From assembly GCF_009914755.1 (NCBI RefSeq), contig NC_060929.1: DNA of 64,000 nt, one strand, 5' to 3'. A program made the translations under genes and the position numbers. Below, in pieces: positions 52,855 through 64,000 of the stretch. The notes beneath the pieces were generated by a model. The model saw only the letters and a program-made list of their open reading frames with translations, was not told the DNA's origin and made no database searches. The DNA comes from the human T2T-CHM13v2.0 reference genome, Homo sapiens. Position 1 is the stretch's first letter; every line of letters begins with the position of its first letter.

Positions 52855-53257
52855 TGGCATGGTTTGGATATTTGTCCCCTTCCCATCTCATGTTGAAATG
52901 TGATCCCCAATGTTGGAGGTAAGGCCTGGTGGGAGGTGTTTGGTTCATGGGGGTCTGCCCATCATGGCTTGGTGCTGTCTTCGAGATAGTGGGGGAGTTC
53001 TCTCGAGATCTGGTTGTTTAAAAGTGTGTGTGGCACCTCCCCCAACTCTCTCTCTTGCTCCCAGCCTCACCATGTGACATGCTTGCTCCCCTTCGCCTTC
53101 CACCATGACTGGAAGTTTCCTGAGGCCCTCACCAGAAGCAGATGCCAACACTGCACTTCCTGTACACCTGCAGAACCATGAGCCAATTAAACCCCTTTTC
53201 TTTATGAATTACCCAGTTTCAGCTATTCCTTTATAGTAATACAAACAGACTAATACA
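52855..53257 (+). mobile_element. MST (MSTA/B-like) MaLR solo LTR
   Basis: tggtttggatatttgtcccc...ctcatgttgaaatgtgatccccaatgttggagg...aaacagactaataca. Confidence 0.88.
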
Positions 53258-56200
53258 TCACTGCCAGGAAATTTTTCCTTTTTTTTAACAGATGTTCCCC
53301 ATGCTGCAGTTAGATGACTTGCCTTCCTTCTGCCATAAACAAACAAAAGCATGCAGGTTTCACTAAGAGATGAAGTCATTTCGTCAGAGAGGAACCTTGG
53401 AAAATCTGCATCACATTGCAAAGAAGTAAATGTAGTCCAAGCCACTTGGCATTCAAGGAAGTACTAACTAAAAATAAATGAGAAAAGAATGGAGCAGAGA
53501 AAACATTCAAAACCACTGTTAACGATATGAACTCTTTTCTATGGTACATCTTTTCCAATTTATACACAGGTTTGTACAGAGTTTTGTACCTAGGGTTGAC
53601 AGGCAATTTGTTTTGGAGGGCCAATTAATTTAAAAATAGAAAATATCTCTATGTGATAACTGTTTTCCAGGAAAAGGCACATAATTCACCTTAAGCAAAC
53701 TGGATACATGAAGATATGGATTTATGAAGTATACAAATTAGAAAATAATTGTTCACTTTAGTAAATAATTTCATGGTAGGGTTATTTTGCCAGCTCCCCC
53801 AAGTGTATTTTATATATCCTTTGATTTCCCAAAATGCAATTTACCTATTTTGGCGGCACAAAGTAAAATACATCTGTAGTTGAGAATACAGATGATGATG
53901 TGTTTGTTCTCTGGCTTTCATAGGTTTGGGGTAAGAATAGACAATAATTTGACTTTGTGTAACTGTATGAAAAATGGCACCAGTAATCCTCTGTGCATAT
54001 AATGTATCTTCTAAGCAATCCTTTTGCTAACTGTACTCTGTAAATTCTAGGAAACAAAGCAGTGGGGAAAATGCAAATATTTCATTTTAGAGCTCTGTTG
54101 CGTAGAAGTTATTCAGGGGAAATTCATGGGCTCCTACTTAGGGAGGGTTATTTTACTTATAATCTCTCCTGGCAATAGTGTGACAAATATTATACTACAG
54201 TTATGTTCATTTACTCCACAGAAGTACAAATTATGCTCACCTTTTCTTTGTATGGACTCCATAAGTGCTTTGGTGCCATAGAGGATTCAGCGTAAGACAC
54301 CAGCAGAGCCCAAATCCTTTTACATCGTTATGCCTACATGCACATTCCTGCAGATATTTTGTCATGCACAACTCCACTTGCTAGAATGAAAAGAACCTCT
54401 CTCTGTTCCAACTCATAAAATATATGTAATATAAAAAGGGAACATTAAAGATGAAGTTTTTTTTTTTAATTTCCCCATGATCCCTGGTTTTCTGTATTCA
54501 ATTTCTTTTCCTCTTGCTGAAAACTATCAATGGCAACTCCTATATGACACATGAGATTTAAAAAATGCAATGTATCTTCTTAAAGAAATATGCCGCACTG
54601 TCATTGGAAGAAATTACTGTGATTAAAGGGGGAAAAACCATGTGCCACAAATTTTTTTTTAATATAAGAAAGACTGGATTTTATACTTCTCTCCAAATGC
54701 TGCATAACCATAATTTACATTTTCAAAATTGTTGTAACTCTTTTTAAGGTGGTAGCAATTTGTCTGATATTTTAATCTATTTTGAGTTAACATCTATTAG
54801 CACTTTGTGAAAATGTGAGGCAAATTGCTATGCTAATGAAGGTAAATCACACCACAGTTTCATGATATGGCTGCCGCTCTTAACGGAAGGGTGAGGAGAG
54901 AAACTTCAGAGTTACAGAGAGTCGGTGTAACAAATTTATCTAGGCCATTACAGTCCCTTTATTAATTTCCGCAGAAAGTTCCAGATAAGTGTAAACCCAG
55001 GCCTGACTTATCTCCTCAATGATACCTACTGTTCAATAAAAGTAATTTCTGATAAAATTTGCAGAAGAAGCCATTTACATTAAATGATGGTTACTTCCTT
55101 TTTGACTCAGGTTTTAAGAGAAGACATATTTATGATGGGGGAAAATATTTGACATCTGAGTATATTAAAATCACATTTAAAACTAAACCACTTAAAGTTC
55201 CTGACAACAAGGAGAATTTCAGTCATCTCTTTGTTGTTAGTCCTATAGGCACTGTCTGGTATATTCTTGCCCATTAGAATACAGGCTCTATGAGACAGAT
55301 ATTCTTGCTGGTTTTGTTCACTGTCAAATCCCTAGCACATAGTATATACTCAATAAATATGTGCTGGCTAAATTCATATAGGGATTGTTCAATGAATATT
55401 TATTGAGTACATTAAAAAAAGCACCAAATAGTACTGTACCAGAAATTGTAGAGATAAGCTCACCTTGCTCCCAGACTGCTCAGCTAGAGTGGTAGCAGTC
55501 TCTAAAGTCCTGATAATATGGCAGCCCCAAACTCCTTTAATCCTCTGAAGTTCATACCCATGGTGATTCTTTGGGCTATTGTCTTTTCCATCTGACATCA
55601 CCAGATACCTCTTTCTGGATACATCTTCCCTAGAGTTTCTAATAATTTTGCACAGGAGACCAAAGCAGCTCATGATGGTAGTTTAACAAGTTTTGCTGGG
55701 TCATGTGGCTGTCAGGGAGTACTTGGAAAATAACTAAGCTACACTTTGGATAACCTGATGGCAACCCTCCATACTGGAGATCATTCTTAAACCAAGTGTG
55801 TAGACTAAAAGGCATGCTAATGATCCTGGACGTGAGTCGGTTTCCAAAACTTGGCAAAACCCCACACAGTTCAGAGGATTTGACTCTGGTGTTTACAGCA
55901 TCAGCAGCCTGCTCAGGATGGCAGGCCCAGGAGGGCAGACCATTTGGAAATTTTGTGACATTTAAGCTCCCTTTTAATGTCATAGTTATCTGATGGCAAA
56001 GAATAAATTGTGGACAGGTCTCCTGACTCAAAGCAATGCCATTCCTATCTTCTGATTTCTTGGGCTTTGGGAGTTGGTATGCCTTCACCCCTATGTGGTG
56101 GCAAGTGGGAATGTGAAGGTCTATCTTTTTTTGGTTGGTTCTGCTGTCATGGTAGTGTTTAGTATCTGGTGCCTCAGGAGCATGCAATAAATGGCAATCT

Positions 56201-58354
56201 CAGATAAGGAGAAATTCTGCCACCAAAACTGCTCCATGCTCCCACTGCTAAACACGTAGTATTAGGCTTTCGTGTGTTAAGAGACAATCAAACGCTTCTC
56301 TTCAGCATGGTTTATTTTGGCAAAATACTTGAAAACAATTTGTTAATATTTTACTCAAATAACCAAGGCAAAATAAAAGTATGTCTCTGTTCAGGTAAGG
56401 ACGGGGAAGACAGGAAAGGAATAATATTCAGTGAACATCTATTATTTCCCAGACATCTAAGCATGAATACCCCTACTCAGATGGAATTCCTATTTCACAC
56501 AGCTAGCAAATGGTAGCTAGAATTTGAATTCAGGACCCCAGCACACAGTGCTCTTTGCACTGTACCACATTGCCTGGCCCCTTAGGTAAGATGGTGTGGT
56601 GTGGAAAGTGTCAGACTGGGGCCTGGCTGATCTCCTGCCCTGTAAAATGTTTACTGACATTCGTTTTTTTACTGAACATAAAAGAGATTGCAGTTTGCAT
56701 ATAAATACATTTCAAAGTCCTTGATAATGTTTTCAAAATGGGTGCTCTAAATGTAAATTATAATGGATCTCACTTGGCCTGCAGAACAGTCTGTTGTGGA
56801 GCTGTGGGTTGCATGAGACTTTGAAGCATGATGGAAATGCGATGAAGCTGCAGGCCTGACCACGGGCCTTTGGATAGGCCATCCGTGACTACGCCAGAAA
56901 GGGGCACTGCTTCCTTTCCCGTCTCTCACCCATAAAAACACTTTCCCTTGTTACGGAGGTAGGATGGCCTGCAAGCCAGATATGGTCCCTGCCCTCTTGT
57001 AGCTTATAACCTAGCAGGGGAGGAACAATGACACCACCAACAGCGAAGCCCAAGAAGTGCTTTCTAGGGAAGTGCAGGTTGCTGCAGAAGGAAGCCTGCA
57101 GTAGGCACCTGACCTGTTCCTTGAGGGCTGGAAAGGGCTTTCCAAATGAAGTGATATTTCAGTGGACTTCTGAAGGACAAAGAGGTGTCAGCCTGTGTAC
57201 CACATGCACAAAATATGCACATATTTTTCAGAGAAGAAAGGAAACCAGCTCATGAGCTAGAATAAAACAACTCATCATTTGTAAGCTATGCAATGTTTCT
57301 CCCACCCCATCCAACAAACTCAAGTGTATACCTGCAGTAAGTTCTTGTGTGAAATAGCTCTGCTTTGAGAAAGAGAGGGGTGAAGAAGATGGACCCCTTT
57401 ATTTGCAGGTGGGAAAAGTAAAGTGCCCACAGTATATCTGTGAAGGCATCACAAATAGCACACTCAGCGCCTGCCTCCTAATTCAGGGCTTGGGACTTCA
57501 CACTGGTCTGTCACTCTTCACAGACTCCCTGGGCAATGTCAATGACTGCTAACAGCCCCAGAGGCTGACTCCTGGTGGCCCAGAGGCAGAGTGTTGTCTC
57601 TGGGACAATACGCCTCTGGAGCCTGCTTCTCTCCGCGTTTCTTGGCTCTCTGGGAAACTGTAGCAGATATCCATGGAACCTGGTATTCACCAGGTGCCAG
57701 CAAAAGTCATCGTGAACAATGCATATTCAAACGGACCTTAATGTGCTTTCAGCTGGTACCCACAGACTCTAAGATGGGCACATATTAAAAAGGATGAAAT
57801 CAGGGTAATGTGAATTTTAGTAACACCCCAAATTTGCATGTAAATGAGGTGAGTCATCTAAGTGCAGTTTAAAATATTTTAAATAGGACACTAAGAAAAG
57901 AAAAAAAGAGCAGATGATATATTGATTTTTCCAGGATCCTGCACAGCTGACAACATGTGCCTGCTCTCTGCTGGCCTGTGTAGATTTTTATAATTCTATC
58001 TCTCTCCCTTTGCAGCAGGACTTCGCATGTCCCTGTTTGGGTGACATGCCACATTCTGCTGAGGTTTGCTGTGGTGAGAGCAGGGAACTAGGAATCCAGT
58101 GCCGCTTTTCAATCTCTCACCTCTTTCTCTTCAGTGGAGAGGCTAAACTTCCTACCTTAGCACTTGGATCCTTTGTTCTCTCGTGTGATCAGCTTCACAT
58201 TCCCTTCCTTCCCTCTTCCTTTCTCAGACAAACCAAGGCCTTCTGCCATAAACCCTACAGTGACTCATACATAGCAAACTTATGATAAATGTTTACTGAC
58301 ATGGGATGAATTAAACTGTGTCTACAATGGCAAGCAAGATACAAACAAGAATAA

Positions 58355-58530
58355 AGTGGTTGTCAACCCAACTGCTCATTAGAATTACCTGAAGATCTTT
58401 TAAAAATCCCAATGCCCAGGCCATATCCTAGAGCAGTTATATCGGAGTCTTGGTGGAGAGGGAGCCAGGCATCAATATTTGTAAAGCTACCAGGAGAGTC
58501 CAAAACATAGATCAGGTGAGAACTACTGGT
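58355..58530. mobile_element. MER5-type MITE
   Basis: agtggttgtcaacc...cattagaattacctgaag...gtgagaactactg TIRs. Confidence 0.7.
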
Positions 58531-58958
58531 TTAAAGCCACCGACTGAAAAGCTCCTAGAAGGCACAGGTGATTTCTGTTCTTGGGGATCTGAAGGCAAGG
58601 TCTGAACTAAGCACCTGCCCACTTCCCATGACATGACACCTCTGAGCTAGAGGTTCTGGGGAAAAGGAACTGTTGCTACTATAGCTTATTAGCCCTTCTT
58701 TTTTCAAATATTCACCACTGTCTGAAACAAAATGTGTATTCTTTGAAAGTGGTAAAAATGGACTGGCTTCCTCTTCTTCAGCATCAAGTCTTAGATCTCT
58801 AATTAGGCAAAGCCAAAGGTGGCTTCCATCTGATCTTCCCAACAGCTAAGGGGAAGGAAAAAAAATTCTATCCCCAGTTCTCACATGGACCTAGTGCTTC
58901 CTCAGTGGAAAACCCATGATATGGAAGGAGAGGGTACTCACGATTAGGTATTTAATAC

Positions 58959-59227
<269 letters not shown>

Positions 59228-59421
59228 ATACAATTTTAAGATAAGAAATTTTAAGAAGAAAAGTTGACTATGTTACTGGAGCCTAAAAGCGACCTGCTAA
59301 ATATGGGAATAAGCTGACCACAGAACATCCATACAACGCTTCATGCATGAACCTCATACCGGTAGCCTGGGGTCTTTAAGGATGCGTTTTTCATACAGAG
59401 GTAAGAAATATTACTCTTGGG

Positions 59422-59425
<4 letters not shown>

Positions 59426-59461
<36 letters not shown>
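59426..59461 (+). repeat. A36 homopolymer
   Basis: 36 consecutive A with no Alu/L1 body upstream. Confidence 0.95.
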
Positions 59462-59464
<3 letters not shown>

Positions 59465-60934
59465 CATCTAAAAATCTCAAAGTATACAGTAAGACAGATA
59501 CTGAGAATGCAATGAACCTGACAGAGGCAGGCTCATAAATTCAGTCAACTTTGTCAAACGCAGTCATTCCATTTCAGAATCTGTAATGATTGGAAGTGCT
59601 ATGCTCTGTCAATATCACAACAGGCCTGGCTTCATGCTGTCTCTTTTTCATGAAATGTGTGTTGCCTGTTAACACTAGCACTGCTTCTATTCACTTGAAT
59701 TAGCACAGTGAGAAAGCAGCAAAGAACTTGGGAGGATGGGGATCACAGAAACGCCTGCAGTGTTAAGTGAGAATTGGGGCTTGCTAACCTGAAGCCTCTA
59801 ATTAAAGATTAGTGTGACAGGAAGTCCAACAACCAGACTGTCAGAGAGAAAAATTAGTGACATTTTCATTCCCTGTATCACCAAGCTATCCTCCACTGAG
59901 AAAGATGTTTCCAGCCAAGTGCATGCAAGCTCCAGGTACACAACCATGTGTTGGCCGCTCTAAGGCCACAAACCACTGGCCATGGACTTGGCCATGCTCA
60001 AATCTATGCATATGCACGTGTGGTGCAGATGAGAACCAGAACATACATATGTGGGACACCAGGATGGAGAAAGTTGCTTGGGGGAGTCATCTGCAGTGCT
60101 ACCAATGGTTCGGCAAATGATCAGCAATTTGAAAAAAAAAAAAAACAACAACAACTAGGCCCTAATAAGATAATTAATATAGTCACTAAGTAAGTGGTAA
60201 GTGCAATGTATTTATGGAACACATCTGGGTATTTCTAAATTAAACTCATGAAGTTAAGCTGAAAAACATAATTGAGGGGGAAAGCTCTCTGAACTAAAAG
60301 TCTGTTTTCTTTTGTGCATAATGGCTTTCTTGGTTTCAGTTATTACTTTCTTACATAAAGGATAAGGTAGTGGTAATCAGCAAGTGCACACTTGATGAAA
60401 AAAAATCTTTCTAAAATTGCCATTTCCATTATGCAGAATTTAGGAATTTGACCCGTTTCCTAAGACAAATTTATGATCAGCAAAAATTTATTCTGCATTA
60501 ATGTGATCGGTAAATCCGTAGATTCAAAAACCTGAAAATAGGTGATATTCTTGGTTTTCAGAAGATGAACTGTACATAAATCAGGGCATTGCAGGGCTGG
60601 GCTCTGAAAGATGCCAAGTTCAACCATGCAGCAGATGCTGAGCTCATCTGAATGTCCTGATCCCCAGGGGCTTGCAGCTGCCGTCACAACCCCCCAGCTA
60701 TATAGAATTCATATGAAATCCAAGGGGGGAAGCTTTCTTACTTATTTATTTTCCTCTGTCTAGGTACTTTTTACAATCCATTAAATTATTAAGAGGCAGT
60801 GGGATCTGACGGTTTTCAAATTTACTTTTAGCTGTATAATACTTTCACAAACCAAAACTGTAGATTTCAAATACATAAAGCAGTAAGAATGGGGCTGCTC
60901 TGGTTGAAGAGAATGCAGATGAGAAACACAATCC

Positions 60935-61790
60935 AATCTATCCATTCATCCAGCATGCAATACATATTTGTCTAGCAACTAGTATGTACCAGCCACTGTG
61001 GTAGGTCCTGGTAATATAACATAGAAGGAGAAACCCACAGATCTTATATTCTAGTAAGGAGAAGGAAAGAGACGAAGGTAGGAAGGGTAAAAATTCACCA
61101 CCACAACAAGAGCTAACGTTTATTGCTTGCTTCATAGGAGGAACACTACACAGATTAATTCACTCAACTCTCTCAATGTGAGACAGATGCTATTATTTTC
61201 ATTTTACAGATGAGGGAATGGCGGCACAGGGAGACGATGGCGAATGCAGAGATAGCAGCAAAGCTGGCAGTCTGGTGAAATGGAAGACAAGAGACAAACA
61301 TTCTCTGGCAGGACGGAGTGGTTACCATATGGATGCTGCTGCCAAGAGATGGGGGAAGTGAGAAGAGAAAAATGGCCACAACATTTGGTGACACAGAGGC
61401 CACTGCTGACCTTGAAAAGAGCAGCATCAGTGGCATGGTGGGGATGGAAATAGATCATAACAGGTGGCAAGAAAGTAAGGAAAACTGTTCCTGGACAATC
61501 CTTTTCAGAAATTAAATAGAATGGCAAGAAGAGAGGCTTAGAGGACCACAGCTGAAAGCTGATGTAGGATCAAAGTGAGGCTCTTTGTTCAGAAGAAGCA
61601 TAACCTTGGCTGTCATTTAAAAATAAATAATCAGCAATTTTACAGTACTGTAGCTGCCCATTTGCTTGTCCTCTCCCAAGAGGCTGCAGGCCCCATGGGG
61701 TAGGGAGTATATCTTGTTCACTGTTTTTTCTGACCTATCACCTATCACAGTGACTGGAATATAGTAAGCCACTCAATAGATATTTCTTGA
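60935..61790. mobile_element. L2 and MIR fragments
   Basis: attttacagatgagggaatgg (MIR); ccactgctgaccttgaaaagagcagcatcagtgg and gccactcaatagatatttcttga (L2). Confidence 0.6.
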
Positions 61791-62754
61791 AAAAATAAAC
61801 TATTAATAAAATATATGATAAAAATTGGAGGCAGGAGAGGCTTAGTTTTTCTCTGAAAAATTCCTTGCAAACAGGAACAGGATTTTCTCTAGGCACAGCA
61901 TGGTAGGCCCTGAAGACCTGCTGCTGCTGGATGGCCAGGCCTGGCATGTGGGCTGAGCCATTCCTTCTCCACCTGCAGTAGTCCCTCAGTCACCTGGTCA
62001 CTGCAGGCTGGTCTTGTTGCTACTTGGTGAAGTCAGGTGATTAAGAGTTCTGGGATCTCATCTGAGCTCTGTTGAGGAATTGCTGCTACCTATTCTATTT
62101 TTAAATTCAAAAAATAATATGATCCTACAATCTAATTCTCTCATATAATTACTGAAACCAAATCAAAGCTCCAAGGAGATTATTTACTGCAAAGCAATGA
62201 CGCTCCAGGGTGCCTTCAGGCAAACTTCAACACAGCAATCTATTCACCCTACAGTATTTGGGGAACAGTAGGCTCTCTCCTTCTCCCTTTTAAAAGCAAA
62301 CAATTTCACTATCCATCAATCCCATAACAGAGGCCAGCAAAACATAAGCAGCTACTTGCAGCACGTTCCCTTAAAAGGTTCTACACAGATGTTGATTTTC
62401 CTGAAAAAACAAACCAAACAAATCTCAGCCTGGACATTGACTGGCTGTTTGACTTGGCAGGTCTTCACTCTCTGCTCAAAAGAAAGGACTGACTCCTACC
62501 GGTTCCAGGTTTCTTCTTTCTCTGCAAGTCTGGCTGTAATTTAGTGAGTCCTAATGATTAAAAAAAAAAAATTCTAACATTTTCAAGAATTGCTGCCTTA
62601 GTCTCAGGAGGCTAGTTTTTCTATGAAGATCTGAGCTTGTGAATTTATATTCATGGCTAGAATATTATGAACCTGTTGGACAGGTGATTAATATACCAGA
62701 TACAAGATTCCAGAGCAGGTATGTATATGTGAATAAATATAATGATAATGCTAA

Positions 62755-62990
62755 TAGTAGTTAACACTTATTGAGTGCTTATAGTGTGCCTGACTTCGGG
62801 CTAAGGGCTTTATCACAATATTTCATTTAATTTTGTAACAACCCTATGAGATAAATGTCATTATCATCCCCATTTTTCAGTTGGTGAATTTGAGGCTTTT
62901 AGAGATTAAGCTGCCCAAGGTCCCAGAGACAGTAAAATGATGGAGGTAGAATTTGAAAACCTAGCAACTTGACACTAGTGCTCAACCATT
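62755..62990 (-). mobile_element. MIR SINE
   Basis: acttattgagtgcttatagtgtgcc...catccccatttttcag...gctgcccaaggtccca. Confidence 0.8.
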
Positions 62991-64000
62991 TCACCTCTTT
63001 TATAAAGTTCCACATCAGTGTTTCTTGGTTTCATATTTAAATACCGGAAAGGACTTTTAGTTACCACTTCTTAGAAGTTCAGGTGAACAGGGTTGGAAGA
63101 GGAGGAGATGGGAACACTTAACTAAAATGAGGTTGAAAGGTAACCTCTGAATTTCAGCTGATGTGTTTTTCCCTGTTTCAATTACCAGGAATAATCAGGA
63201 GAGGGTTGTAAAATGTGTTTTAAAGTGCTCCTATGTGAAAATCACCTGGAGAAACTGTTTCATCAGCAAAAGGAACAAGATGCTGATGCTTCAAGTGAAG
63301 GACTTAAGTTCAGATTTTAGAGCCCCAGCTGCACTCTCACCATTTCTCATTGCCCCTTTCTTTTGGGGCACATGTCATGTGGGCTGTCTGAGTAAGGGTT
63401 ATGTCACCCACAACAGAGGACTGCACAGTCTGACACTCCTGCCTTATTTGGATAGAATGTTTTCTTTTCTTTCTTTCTCTCTCTCTCTCTTTTTTTTTTT
63501 TTACTTTATTTTCTTTGATATGGCATCAATTTTAAATCTTACATTTTGGCTATGGGCAACCTGGAAACAGCTGTGCAGACAAGGCAGGGAAGAGGAGAGT
63601 CCCTGCAGGTATATGCTTTGTTTCATGGCTGAATTGCTACCAAAACAGTCCTGGACACAGTGCCCTCAAATTATTTTTCTCTGAAACTGATTTTTCCAGT
63701 TAGTTCTGTACATTAGTTACAGAGTCCTATATTATTTTCCCCATAGGGCTTTCCTGCTCATGATTCCTAAACAAGCTGATAAAAACTCCATTTTCTCCAC
63801 AGAAATATTTAGGTTGTTGAGGCTTTCTCTTACCATAATTACTTCCTGAAATATGCAGTGGTCAATTTTTCCTGAATATTTTTACATTAAATTGGGCACC
63901 CAAAACTTGGCCCTAGGTATTTTCAGGTGGTAAAGCAGACTCCTGGCTCGAAAGAGCTGATTGGTTTCTATTACTTGCTTTCTGTATTGGCTTCTTATGG

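Noticed and set aside
55639-56187. 182-aa intronic ORF on the FBXL17 strand
   Set aside because: No recognisable domain or LRR pattern, and no convincing splice context; compatible with chance.
63163-63684. 173-aa plus-strand ORF
   Set aside because: Runs through CT/T low-complexity sequence, has a non-ATG start and shows no homology I recognise.

Overview
This is primate (probably human) genomic DNA: it carries Alu, L1, MIR, L2, THE1/MST/MLT and MER repeats and has no CpG island. The only supported protein-coding sequence is the terminal coding exon of FBXL17 on the minus strand (50094-50234; VNEVTVEQLVQQYPHITFSTVLQDCKRTLERAYQMGWTPNMSAASS*), which the supplied ORF track misses. Its ~2.7 kb 3'UTR ends near an AATAAA at 47419-47424 (minus strand). 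50235-64000 is FBXL17 last-intron sequence. 1-47400 is repeat-rich intergenic DNA; from recalled human gene order this is the 5q21 interval toward EFNA5. I could not support a new multi-gene biological system here. The most unusual structure is a strand-scrambled old L1 at 34.6-38.6 kb. It contains two separate local inverted duplications, and a half Hsmar1/MADE1 with an intact SETMAR-type site sits at one breakpoint. Other notable items are a two-LTR ERVL (LTR16-type) provirus remnant, a CR1 reverse-transcriptase fossil, a ~320 bp pure-purine tract, several candidate enhancer motif clusters and an internal A30 tract in the FBXL17 3'UTR. Repeat subfamily names are recalled by eye and repeat boundaries are approximate.
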